DNA of 63,177 bases, counting the filler, from Saprolegnia diclina VS20 (lineage: Eukaryota), in assembly GCF_000281045.1 (NCBI RefSeq). It is 5 parts of 5 records of this genome, joined end to end, with 100 filler letters (N's around TTAATTAATTAA, not from the genome) between each part and the next. Parts side by side here need not be neighbours in the genome. Positions count along the whole stretch, not along the records: positions 17,033 to 32,926 come from NW_008246268.1; positions 33,027 to 47,878 come from NW_008246269.1; 3 more parts are not named here. The stretch is one strand, 5' to 3'. Position 1 is the first letter of the stretch. Each line of letters opens with the position of its first letter. The position numbers and the translations under genes are program-made. Under the pieces are notes generated by a model. It was not told the DNA's origin, did no database searches, and saw nothing but the letters and a program-made list of their open reading frames with translations. Shown piece after piece: positions 25,914-39,279 of the stretch.

Positions 25914-26860
25914 ATGGCGACCGAGCAGAAGATCCTCCAAGTCTTCATGGTACGCCCATGCGGCAGCCTTCTCGATGGTCTCATCCTCGCTGGAACTCGG
26001 TAGGCGCATGGCTCCATCTCCGAGTCGGAGCTCAAGACGCTCTGCGATCAAATCTGCGGCCAAGGTAACGCCACGCATGCGCTGGCCGCGCTGACCCATG
26101 GCGGTAGACTTCTCGACAAAGCAGCTTGGCGATCTCACAACCCATATTGCGACCTTGATTCGACCATACTCGCTCGACATCAAGCGCGCGATGTACGACG
26201 ACGGTGAGATGTACTATGGCATCATCAACACGGTATGGCCCACATCATCCATCGCCTGGCATGAACATCTCGCTGCATAGAGCAATGACGATTTGACCAA
26301 GCTCAGCAACACGTTCAAGCCTTGGTACCCACGGCTTCCGTAGACGACCATCTCGCAAACATGCACCAATGTAGGGAAATCGTCCTTTTCCGCAAGGCCA
26401 TCGAGGCCATCGTGGAAAGGTACATCTCCTCGCACTTGCTTTCTCCTGCTCATGATGCATACAGCGACGATGGCGAGCTCGACACGCGTGACTTTTGCAA
26501 TTTGCGCGAAGGCAACAGCCTCCAAGAGGTCAAGACGCTCTTCCAGCGCCTCTACATGGAAAAGTGGTTTGCGCCGAGCTTGTTCAACAACGATCAAGCG
26601 ACGCTCGGGCCACGCGTCTTCCTCGAGCTCGTCGTCTTCCTCCGCGAGCTCGGCATCCAGCAATGCGTGATCTGCTCGTCCGACGTGCTCCAGGTTACCC
26701 CATCTTCCTCGCCACCTCTCGTCTCATGCTGCTGCGTCCATAGAGCGTGCGCTGCCCGACGGCGTCGTGCACGACCCGCGTCCACGAGTCTTGCTTGGCC
26801 AAGTATGAGCGCGCCGGCCGTGCGTTCAAGTGCGGTCCATGCAAGAAGGCGATTCGATAA
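25914..26860 (+). CDS. NSE1: SMC5/6 complex subunit NSE1, multi-exon
   Basis: Spliced reading MATEQKILQVFM..YYGIIN..EIVLFRKAIEAIV..LGPRVFLEL. C-terminal RING-like C-x2-C..C..C..H..C..CxxC (CVICSSDVLQ/SVRCPTASCTTRVHESC..CGPC). Confidence 0.8.
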
Positions 26861-27343
26861 GCCATAGGCTACCCTGCATCAAGAAATGAATCCAGCCATG
26901 TACACGCCTTGTCTTGACGAGTACGAGAGCCTCTTGCATCTCATCTCTCGCGTGCGGCTGCGTCTGGCGACGGCACAATGCATGGACCTCTGTCAAGAGA
27001 CTTGGTCATTGGCTTTCGGAACTAGAGCTGCATGCTGCCCTGCGACTTCTGCTGACCTTCGACTTCCAGGTTCGCTCTTCCTGGTACAAGTTGTATGTAG
27101 TGTTCTGGTGCTCCGGTTCCTCTGTCGCTGATGGTCTTGGGCCCTCGTGGCATGCTGGTGTCCATGGAATCCTTGGTGGTTTTGGCGGGAACGCACTTGT
27201 GCGGACGCGATTCTCTAATCTTGGTTCTAATATGTACATCCTAAGTGCGCCAGATGGCACATCAAGTACGAGGGGACCACCCCTGGGACCACCCCATGGG
27301 CTCTCGAAAGCTGGGGTCCGCATTTACCCGGACCTTGCAATAA

Positions 27344-28783
<1,440 letters not shown>

Positions 28784-28807
28784 TAATCCACAAGACCTTC
28801 ATCCTCG

Positions 28808-30534
28808 TTACGTAAAACTCCCGGGCGAGGCCGGCGCCTCTTGGCATCCACACACACACATGTACTCAGTGGCTTCCGGCTTGCCGTAGTCGACGGCTCG
28901 ATAGAGCGCAACGACCCCCGTACACACGACCACGTCGTCAATCTCGGGTGCGAATTCGAGACCGACCCACGTCACCTTGACCGGCATGACCAGTACCAAG
29001 CGGTGCTTGTATCCCTTGAGATTCGGGTTGCGCTTGACTGATGCGTGGACGATGGCCAACTCGCCCCACGCAACCACATGGTCGGGCAGCACCGTCGTCT
29101 GGACGTAGTTGATCCAGCCGTCTTGAACAAAGATGCCATTGACAGCAGGAAAGTCGTCGCATCCCGAGTACCAGTACGTTGCCGGTGGCAGGTCGTGTTG
29201 GAGGTACGCGAGGCAAGCTGCACTGGTGGCATGACCGCTCACCACGGTACAGCTGGCGTCGATGAGCAGCTCGGGTTTGTCTTGCGAAATCAACAGCTTG
29301 AGCACTCGGTCAAATGCGAGCTTCGTCACGAGCGCGGTGAATTGCATCGCGTAGAGCGACGCGTTCGTCGTCAACGCACTCCACTTACAATCATAGGCGT
29401 AGTTGTCGATAGTACTCTCGGGCAATAGATGCCGCAGCGCAAACGAGGCGTCGTTGATGGGGTGGCTATGTATGAAAGAGAGGTACTGCTCGTAGACGTC
29501 CACGTCCTTGATGAACCGAAGCTGTCGCCAGTACCAGTTTAAAAAATCGTATTCGGTCGCGAGGCTGTCCCGGAGCTGCTTGGGGTCCATGAGAAAGCGA
29601 CCGACGCTGCCACCCGAAACAGCGTAGCGCTCGTCAAAGGTCTGCATTTGCGCAGCGCTTGTTGCGGCTTTGGCCTGAAGCGTGCTTTTGGTCCATGCTG
29701 GAAGAAGAACCAGCACCGAGTCGCTGGGGATTTTTAGTGTTTGGAAATAAGACGATGGCTCGATACGGCGAGCAAACCGCATCCGTCAAGCGACCTAGTG
29801 CAAAACCCGTGAGTTCGAACACGTAGGACTCGTACCCGTCACCAGCAACCAAGTGTTTCTTGCCGACAGCGACGCTCTCGCTCTTGAACGAATCTTGGAA
29901 CGGACTGATGCTCGGAGCTTTTGGTGAGAACGTGGGGTCCTTGGTGACGTGGCAGCCGGAGAAGCGAACGACGAGCACGGGCACGAACGGGTCATCGCTC
30001 AAAGCTCGAATGTAGAGAATGTCGTAGTCGTGGTACGCCGCCAAGTAGGCGCAGAAGACGAGGCCAACCACGGACTTGCCGACAGCTGACGAGCCAGTTG
30101 GCAAAACGCGGGCCGGCTCTTGTCTCGTGACATCGCGCGCCGCCGCGGCTTCGGCTTGCGACACTGAGGCTTTCTTGAGCACAATGCAGAATCCACCGTT
30201 CATCTTTGACTGGTAGCACCTGCCGTGTTGCCGACTCCTTGCGATGTTGTCACTTATTTGGCGATCAAGAGGTCCCATGCCATCATCATCTCTTTGCGGA
30301 CATAGATCTGGGGCGGCATCCCGTCATAGTCGTTAAAGAGGTGCGAGAGGACGCTCGTGTCAAGGTAATCGCCAACATTGACAGTGCGGAGGTCGGGTAC
30401 GTCGGTCTTGGGTAAGTCGCGGCGTTGGCCTCGCTTCCACGAAAGCTTTCTTTGCTCGGTGGGGCGTTCTATGACAATGTGCATGAAGACGCACGTCCAA
30501 TAGTTGTAGAACGAAACAGTGTCTTCTCAGCCAT
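28808..30534 (-). pseudogene. Crinkler-type P-loop NTPase + REase gene, disrupted copy
   Basis: Paralog of 30722-32523. Stop and frameshift at about 30255, eroded Walker A (GSSAVGKS), and the same intron after VAGDG. Confidence 0.7.
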
Positions 30535-30721
30535 GGTGTGGGATTGGAATTGCCGTTGATAAATACATGAATACAACTGGAACATCTGCAGTGCAGCGAC
30601 TTTTTCGGCAGCAACGGCTTTTCTCAGGGCCATTGGTCTGAAATTTGATGTTTTTGGACAGACCACAAGGCAGGCTGAGCGGCATGCTATCTACTACTGT
30701 AGTACATTCCAATCACGTACC

Positions 30722-32523
30722 ATGACCGAGAAGCAACAACACCGTCCCAGCCTGCCGACAACGGACAACGTCAATGGCCTTGCATCCGAGGGAATTCACG
30801 AGCCACCCGTGAAGAACACGAGCTACACTGTGGACCACGAGCTGCATCAGGGTACCATTCCCGTTTCCACTGCTTTTGGGCGTGTCTTCATCCGCATGGC
30901 CTTAGGTCGCCCAACCAAGCAAAGAAAGCTTTCATGGAAGCGAGGCCAAAGCCGCGACTTACCCAAGACCGACGTACCCGACCTCCGCACTGTCAATGTT
31001 GGCGACTACCTCGACACGAGCGTCCTCTCGAACCTCTTCGACGACTATGACGGGATGCCGGCCCAGATCTACGTCCGGAAGGAGATGACGATGGCATGGG
31101 ACCTCTTGTTTGCCAACTATGTGACCAAGTCGAAAGGAGTCGGCAACACGGCAGGCGCAGCGCTGTACCAGGCAAAGGCCAACAGCGTGTTCTGCAAAGT
31201 GCTCAACGAAGCCTCAATGTCGCAAGCCGAAGCTGCCGCTGCGCAAGAAGCCGCGCGACAAGCGCCATCTCGCGTACTGTTGATCGGCTCGCCTGGTGTC
31301 GGCAAGTCTGTGGTTGCTCTTGTCTTCTGCGCATACTTGGCAGCTTACCACGACTACGACATTCTCTACATTCGAGCCTTGAGCACCTACCCATACACGC
31401 TCATCGTTCATTTCTCCGGCTGCCACGTCATCAAGGACCCTGAGTTTTCAGCAAAAGCTCAGAGTGTTTGCCCGTTCCAAGATAAGTTCAAGAGCGAGTG
31501 CCTCATTGCCGGCAAGAAGCATTTAGTTGCTGGCGACGGGTAAGACGTCCTACTTGGTCTGAGAGCTATCACTGAGCCATGGTCTACTGTAGGTCGCTCT
31601 ACGGGTGCGACTTGCTTGCCGTGTCGAGCATTCCCAAGCACTATCTGCATACCAGCTTTGTTCTGGTTCTTCTGCCAGCATGGACCAAGACGGCGCTTAA
31701 GGCCGCGGTAGCAGCAAGTTCAACACTCACAGAGTCGTTTGGCGAGCGCTATGCTGTCTCAGGTGGCAGCGTCAGTCGTTTTCTCATTGAGCCTCAGCAG
31801 CTCCGGGACAGCCTCGTGAACGATTTTGATCGTTTGTACTGGTTTCGGCAAACACTCAAGTTCATCAAGGACACGGAGATGTACGAGCAGTACGTTTCTC
31901 TCAAGCATAGCCACACCATCAACGACGCGACGTTTGTGCTGCGGCATGTATTGTCGGAAGGATCGATCCACAACTTTGCGTCGACCGTCGAGTGGGCTGC
32001 GACGACGCCGAACGCGTCACTCTACGCGATGCAATTCACCGCGCTCGTGACGAAGCTCGCATTTGACCAAGTCCTCAAGCTGTTGATTTCGCAGGATGGG
32101 TCGCAGCAGCTGCTCGTCGACGCCAGCTGTGCCGTGGTGAGCGGTCATGCCACCAGTGCAGCCTGCCTCGCGTACCTCCAACACGACCTGCCACCGGGAA
32201 CGTACTGGTACCCAGGATGCGACGACTTTCCTGCCATCAACGACATCTTTGTCAAAGACGGCTGGATCAACTACATCCAAACGACGGTCCTGCCCGACCA
32301 TGTGGTTGCGTGGGGCGAGTTGGCCATCGTACAGGCATCAGTCAAGCGCAACACGAAGCTCCAGAACCACAAGTACCGCCTCGTGCTGGTCATGCCGGTC
32401 AAGGTGACGTGGGTGGGTCTCGAATTTGCACCCGAGATTGACGAATTTGTCGTGTGCACGGGGGTCGTTGAGCTGTCGCGAACCCTACACTACTGCAAGT
32501 TTGACGGAACTGATTACATATAG
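30722..32523 (+). CDS. Crinkler/RHS-type P-loop NTPase + PD-(D/E)xK-like (REase) protein lacking an LFLAK header
   Basis: IYVRKE..VLLIGSPGVGKS (Walker A), VSGGSVSRF and YWYP..DFPAIND..YIQTTVLPDH, typical of CRN C-terminal NTPase+REase modules. Intron at about 31540-31591. Confidence 0.7.
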
Positions 32524-32611
32524 CTCGACTTGATCGCTAATGCTTGTATCTTCCAATCCAATCATTGTGACAAGCAAGCAGTGAACGTGCCCTGCTCTTC
32601 GATCTAACAGA

Positions 32612-32909
32612 GTGCTCAAACTGATGATTTCGCAGGAAGAACCCGAGCTGCTCGTCGACGCCAGCTGCGCCGTGGTGAGCAGTCATGCCACCAGTGCAGC
32701 CTGCCTCGCGTACCTCCAACACGACCTGCCACCGGGAACGTACTGGTACCCAGGATGCGACGACTTTTCTGCTGTCAGCGGCATCTTTGTAGCCCGACCA
32801 TGTGGTTGCGTGGGGCGAGTTAGTCGTGCACGCAGCAGTCAAGCGCAACACAAAGCTCCAGAACCACAAGTACCGCCTCATGCTGGTCATGCCGGCTAAG
32901 GTTACGTGA
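32612..32909 (+). pseudogene. Third, partial copy of the CRN-like REase C-terminus
   Basis: Near-identical to 32071-32412, with an internal deletion and frameshift. Lies next to a gap. Confidence 0.7.
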
Positions 32910-33539
32910 TGTGCTCGATAGCGATANNNNNNNNNNNNNNNNNNNNNNNNNNNNNNNNNNNNNNNNNNNNTTAATTAATTAANNNNNNNNNNNNNNNNNN
33001 NNNNNNNNNNNNNNNNNNNNNNNNNNCGTACTGGGTGAGAGCACGTGGGTTCAGTGGCTCGTGCTCTGAAATCAGATGCTTATTCCGAGGCCATGACGCG
33101 GCATGCACGTAATGCATGTACCAGTAGTACATGTACCCAAGTGCTTTTCCCCCGACTGCGAGCCCGCTGCACCAACTGCAATGTACCAACTAAGTAGTAG
33201 GTCTATCGTCGCTGACGGTGATTTAGCACTTCACTGTAACTCTAGACAATCGCGATCGACGTATAATGGCAAGTCCAAATTCGCTGCTTGGGACCTCATT
33301 GGACACCACTGCCGACAAGTCGTTGGCGGTGGTAAGTTATCTGACGACCAAATTTGCGCTAAGGGCCAAAAGGCCAAAAGGTATGTATGTTGTGAGCTAA
33401 GCTATGTTTGTGCACTCGGTCGAGCGTAGCAAGAGTTGGTTGCGAGGGCTGTAGCACGGCCAAACCACGGTCGCAGAGCACCCAGAAGAACGGGATCGCG
33501 ACCAGTTAGGCTATTACCTTTAAGTACTGGACCGCGTCT

Positions 33540-34000
33540 TCACGGCCGTGAGCCGCAGCGACGTGTAGTGCAGTCTCGCCGTCCTAGCGCAAGCAAATTA
33601 AGATTACAATCGAGCAGCATCGACGACAACTGCAGCGCCGTCGGACGGTCCTCTTCGTACAGCGAGAGACACTGCAAACCAATGTCCTTGACCCATGCCG
33701 GCACGCCTTCGCCGTCGAACGTCGGGTGCAGCGTGCTTTCACGAACGTTGTTCAAGACGTAGTGCTGCGGGAGAGCCTTGCCCGAGTCTGGGTGGCGCAG
33801 GTCGGCGTACGGCACTTGGTGTGTCGCAAACTCAGAAAGCATGATACCGAACGAGTAGACGTCGGCTAGCGCGCCATAGTTGGTGCCCGAGATGACTTCT
33901 GGTGCCATCCACTGGTACGTGCCGATGCCGTTGGTCATGAGATCGTCTTCTTCGGCGACGCGGGAAGCACCAAAGTCGGTGAGCTTGGTGCCCTTGTTTG
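33540..34000 (-). pseudogene. TKL kinase C-lobe fragment
   Basis: GTKLTDFGASR..TNGIGTYQWMAPEVI..ADVYSFGIMLSEF..EDRPTA. No HRD loop or N-lobe upstream. Confidence 0.8.
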
Positions 34001-34405
34001 TGCCCGAAGAGCCCGCAGGGTCGCTCGGTTGTCGCCATGTGCGTGCACGTTTACGTGTTGCAAGGCCGCTTTCATGACCCAAATGACAAAGCCAAGGTCG
34101 AGCCCGACGACGAATGATCGCGCCCTGGATCAACTACGGACGGGGACTGAACTGGTGCGAACGCATGGGGTCAAATCNNNNNNNNNNNNNNNNNNNNNNN
34201 NNNNNNNNNNNNNNNNNNNNNNNNNNNNNNNNNNNNNNNNNNNNNNNNNNNNNNNNNNNNNNNNNNNNNNNNNNNNNNNNNNNNNNNNNNNNNNNNNNNN
34301 NNNNNNNNNNNNNNNNNNNNNNNNNNNNNNNNNNNNNNNNNNNNNNNNNNNNNNNNNNNNNNNNNNNNNNNNNNNNNNNNNNNNNNNNNNNNNNNNNNNN
34401 NNNNN

Positions 34406-35746
34406 TGGCGTCCCATCATGCTACATCAGTGCAAAGTGTCATCACTGTCGAGATCCACCGTACCTCGCCCTTGGCGTTGACGCTGTGGCCTTCGTACAGA
34501 CGGAATCGCACGGCATCCACGTCACCGTCTCTTGCAGCCAAGAAAAGGCTTTGCTACATCCGTCCATGAGTCCTTTATCGACTCTGCTGCAGCAACGGTA
34601 CCGGCGGCAAGGGGTCGGCTCGGGTCCAGAGTAGAAGTAGGTATAAATTGTACAACAGTGCTCCCAGCAGGTACGTGGTCACAATGTAGAGCTGGTACAC
34701 GACGTAAAGCATCACGAGGAAGAGCTTGTTGAAGTGAGTCTATGCTCCAAGCAGGTACGTGGTCATCACGAGGAAGTGCTGGTACACGACCCAAAGCATC
34801 ACGAGGAAGAGCGTGTACACGACCCCAAGCACGATCGCATAGAGTAGCAAAGTTGCAACGTACGGACCATACTTGGAACCTGCATACTTTGCCAAGGAGG
34901 CCACAAGTAGCAGCACTGCCAAGGGCTACGCAGATCGTACGTGGTGACGTCCGGTGGTATATTCACATAACGTTGTACCTCATCGTTGTTTTCCTTGGAG
35001 GAGAGAAGCAGGGCGACGTGGAAATGAAGCTTACTTTTTGCAAGCTCGAGTGGCGTCTCGTCATTCTACAAGAGACGAAATATGTCGTTCATCAAATTTT
35101 GAGAATGGGACACATTGTTCGGGTTCGGTTCCAGTGACATACCCCGTTTTTTGCTGTGACGTCCGCGCCCTTCTCGAGCAAAAGGCGTACGACGGTCAAG
35201 TAACCATACCGAGCAGCAACGTGCAATGGCGTGTCCCCACGCTACGCCAACACACCGAATATATGCACGTGAGCGAGGCCACCGCACCACGTACCTTGGT
35301 TTTGGCGGCGGTGGCAGCGCCCTTCTCGAGCAACAGGCGTACGGTGGCCAAGTGACCACGCAGAGCAGCAACATACAAGGGTGTTTCACCAGCCTACACC
35401 AACACACAGAATAAACGCAGGAGCCAACGCAATAGTTACGTCGTTTTTGGCGGCGATGGCAGCGCCCCTCGTGAGCAACAGATCGGCGGCGCCATATTGG
35501 CCATGAGAAGCAGCAAAGTGCAATGGCGTGCAACCCGCCTACGTCGACAATGCGTAAGGTCATCGCGCGCGACTTCTGACGTACGAAGGCCAAGCAGTTG
35601 ACGTTGGCGCCGTCGTCGAGACAGGATTGGATCACATCCAGCTTGCCACCTCTCGCAGCGGTGCAAAGGCTTCCCTACAGCCACATAGATCAGTCGTCTC
35701 TCATCCTCACTCGATCGACCTCTTGCTTGGTCAGCGATGCCCCCAT
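34406..35746 (-). pseudogene. Ankyrin-repeat gene, copy A, with an in-frame stop in the hydrophobic exon; 3' end in gap
   Basis: MGASLTKQE exon followed by 99-nt exons of the xGxTPLHxAAxxGxxxxVxLLLxxGA type between GT-AG introns. TAG at 34740-34742. Confidence 0.75.
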
Positions 35747-35813
35747 TTGTCAAGTGACAATCAATCTTGCATTTCATTGGGTGGGCTGCAGGACGGAAAA
35801 ATCTATCATTAAT

Positions 35814-36869
35814 ATGCTTTTAACGGACAGTACTCTGGGCTGCACAGTGGCCTGCACGTTTTAGCGGACAGGGAGCCGTCAAATTCTCTTTCATGGATTT
35901 TTATTTTCCTCTCCAGGAATATAATGACTGGATATTTGTATGTATTATTTTGAATCGAGCATAAGCGACGCGTGAACAGAATTCAGCGGCTGCTTGTCCG
36001 CTAAAATGCTTGGCCAATCACAGGCCGAAGAAAATGAGAAAAGCGCAGTGTTTTGGCGAATGGGCGCAGAGAACAATGACCGCAGGCGGCGGGCTGCGCA
36101 CATGAGTGAGCGCCGACAGCGGACAGCTGCAGCGGACGTACCGGTATTCGACTGCTAGAACTTTACGGTTGAGGGCGCCCACCACATGTGCTCTGCAATG
36201 CCGTCCGTAAGATGCTCGAGAGCAACCTCAACGAGATCAAGAAGCACTAGTACTGCGCGAGGTCAACACTGGGTGCGCTGTGATAATGAGCCGTCCTCGT
36301 TGAAGGAAGCCACGGACGGATGGACACGAAGCGCGCGTCTTCAATTAAGAATGTTTCCTTGCGTTTATTAGGATGTTATAGCGTCGACGCTCAGTGGTTA
36401 CCGCGTCAACGCAGTGCGCTCGCGAGTTTCAACTGGGATCGTAAATTGCCCTGTCATCTCGGCTACGGTGATGGCATCAAGGAGGTGTACTAGTACACAG
36501 ATACACACACTTTCGAGCTCCTAATGAAAAGGATGATGTAGCGTGCGTCGGCATTCGGCGCTTGCTTGCCACGCAAGTCCAATCCTCGAGCAAGGTCCCC
36601 GTTTACCTTTGACGAGTACGAGAGCCTCGGCCGAGACAGCCGCGCGCTCCCGCTTCGCGCGCCTCTTCTTGACCATGTAGTGGGGCTTATGTGCCGATCC
36701 AAGTCGACGGAGACGGGATACTTGGAACACCACTCGAGCGTAGGCGACTCTACGATAGCGAGCTGCCTCAATACTCCGCAACCATATTGCCACGTCACGG
36801 AGACTTTTTGGCCAATCAGATACCAGGGAATTTTAACGGGTGGCCTGTCCGTCAAATTCCGATCACAAT
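35814..36869. mobile_element. Putative non-autonomous insertion with 8-bp target-site duplication
   Basis: Absent from the duplicate locus (about 45020-45035). Flanked by TCATTAAT at 35806-35813 and 36870-36877. Imperfect inverted subterminal motif CGGACAGG..CCGT.AAA. Confidence 0.55.
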
Positions 36870-39279
36870 TCATTAATTTTATTTTCTATCGTTTTGAAGT
36901 GATCGTTTAATTGAATAACAACTTTTTTGCGCGAAGCGCGAGGGCACCCGGCGATAGCCGGGCCCGTGCGATAGCACGGTCGGGCAAAATGAAGTCGCAA
37001 CATGGTGTCCCGGCGTGCGTCGGGAAGGGTCAAATTCGTTCAAGTACGAGTGGCAGGTCAATGTCGTCAAGCTGTATCTTGATTTTACTATTGGGTGGGT
37101 AAAATCTCGGTTAAGTCCGTTCCGCACTTAACCGGGTCCACGTACCTAAGCCAACCCTCGCGCCACGAGCGACCGGGTCCTGCGCGATAGCGCAAACCAC
37201 GAGCGCAGCGAGTGCACCCGGCGATAGCTGGGGTCTGCGCGCTAGCGTGTTTGTGGCATATGCCTGCGCGAGCGTAGCGAGTGCATGTGGGATCGATGCG
37301 CGCAGCGCCAATCACGGTTGTAGCGTGTGCACTTGCTATACGACAGCGCGGGACCTTAATACTACGCGTGGTGTTAGATCAATGAGTTCGATCGCGAGGC
37401 TAGAATCGTATCTGGATGTTGCGTTCGCTTTGCAGGATTCCATTGCACTTCGCGTGCCAAGCACAGAACAGAAGACCCGATCATGGTGCGGACGCCAGTC
37501 TCGGGTGCGCAGCGCAAGTGCGAGCAGCAGAAGCGCCAAGCTGCATGCGCCCTGGTGACGTCGACTCCGATTGAGGAAGCCAAGGAGCTGAAGCGAAAGA
37601 TCGCCGCGGGGCAGAGACGACGGCAGCGAACCAAGGCGTCGACCGCGACTGCCACTGCAGCGGCCGCGCCTGTCACAGTAGAATTGCTGGGCCTGCAAAT
37701 CTTAGTAGCGATTCTTTAAACCACCTAATGAACGTTATCCATCGTGCAATGTTGATCATTCCGCGATGCTGTAGCAAGAGGTTGTGCGTGAAGCGCCCTG
37801 CTGTGCAGTACTGGACCCGAATGCTGAAATGATGCTCTTCCCGGCGACGGCTCCACATTGAAGCGAGATCAGGAAGACGCACCACCTTCACCGACGATGA
37901 CACCACTGGAGCCCTATAAAGAATCCACCAGGTGCACCGCAGTGTCGTTTCCGGCAGAAGTCGGTAGCGGCCCGCTGGGCACCGCAACGAAGCGGAGGTC
38001 GCGTCCGTCGCACACTCGCCATGTGAATGCGTGTTTGCAGTAGGAAGGGTGCGTTGGACGTGCATACTGTTGTGTCCACGTGGCAGTCCAAGACCGTTCT
38101 GCATGCCTATTGGCTGGCGAGCTGTCCGAACTGCGAATGGACAGGATAGTTTTTCTAAGAACCGAATTCAGTTTTTCGTTTTGCCTTTGAAGAGCGGTGC
38201 ATCCTCCTCAAGCGCAGACCTTGCGTCGGCATTCAACCCCGACGGCACAACACATACACTGTAGTACAAGAGCCCGTAAGGGTGGANNNNNNNNNNNNNN
38301 NNNNNNNNNNNNNNNNNNNNNNNNNNNNNNNNNNNNNNNNNNNNNNNNNNNNNNNNNNNNNNNNNNNNNNNNNNNNNNNNNNNNNNNNNNNNNNNNNNNN
38401 NNNNNNNNNNNNNNNNNNNNNNNNNNNNNNNNNNNNNNNNNNNNNNNNNNNNNNNNNNNNNNNNNNNNNNNNNNNNNNNNNNNNNNNNNNNNNNNNNNNN
38501 NNNNNNNNNNNNNNNNNNNNNNNNNNNNNNNNNNNNNNNNNNNNNNNNNNNNNNNNNNNNNNNNNNNNNNNNNNNNNNNNNNNNNNNNNNNNNNNNNNNN
38601 NNNNNNNNNNNNNNNNNNNNNNNNNNNNNNNNNNNNNNNNNNNNNNNNNNNNNNNNNNNNNNNNNNNNNNNNNNNNNNNNNNNNNNNNNNNNNNNNNNNN
38701 NNNNNNNNNNNNNNNNNNNNNNNNNNNNNNNNNNNNNNNNNNNNNNNNNNNNNNNNNNNNNNNNNNNNNNNNNNNNNNNNNNNNNNNNNNNNNNNNNNNN
38801 NNNNNNNNNNNNNNNNNNNNNNNNNNNNNNNNNNNNNNNNNNNNNNNNNNNNNNNNNNNNNNNNNNNNNNNNNNNNNNNNNNNNNNNNNNNNNNNNNNNN
38901 NNNNNNNNNNNNNNNNNNNNNNNNNNNNNNNNNNNNNNNNNNNNNNNNNNNNNNNNNNNNNNNNNNNNNNNNNNNNNNNNNNNNNNNNNNNNNNNNNNNN
39001 NNNNNNNNNNNNNNNNNNNNNNNNNNNNNNNNNNNNNNNNNNNNNNNNNNNNNNNNNNNNNNNNNNNNNNNNNNNNNNNNNNNNNNNNNNNNNNNNNNNN
39101 NNNNNNNNNNNNNNNNNNNNNNNNNNNNNNNNNNNNNNNNNNNNNNNNNNNNNNNNNNNNNNNNNNNNNNNNNNNNNNNNNNNNNNNNNNNNNNNNNNNN
39201 NNNNNNNNNNNNNNNNNNNNNNNNNNNNNNNNNNNNNNNNNNNNNNNNNNNNNNNNNNNNNNNNNNNNNNNNNNNNNTG

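Larger units (their letters stand above)
33525..38100. repeat. Segmental duplication, copy A
   Basis: Colinear matches: 33525-33615 to 42316-42405, 34406-35810 to 43538-45028, 36880-37075 to 45030-45146 plus 46490-46537, and 37280-38068 to 46626-47456. Confidence 0.9.
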
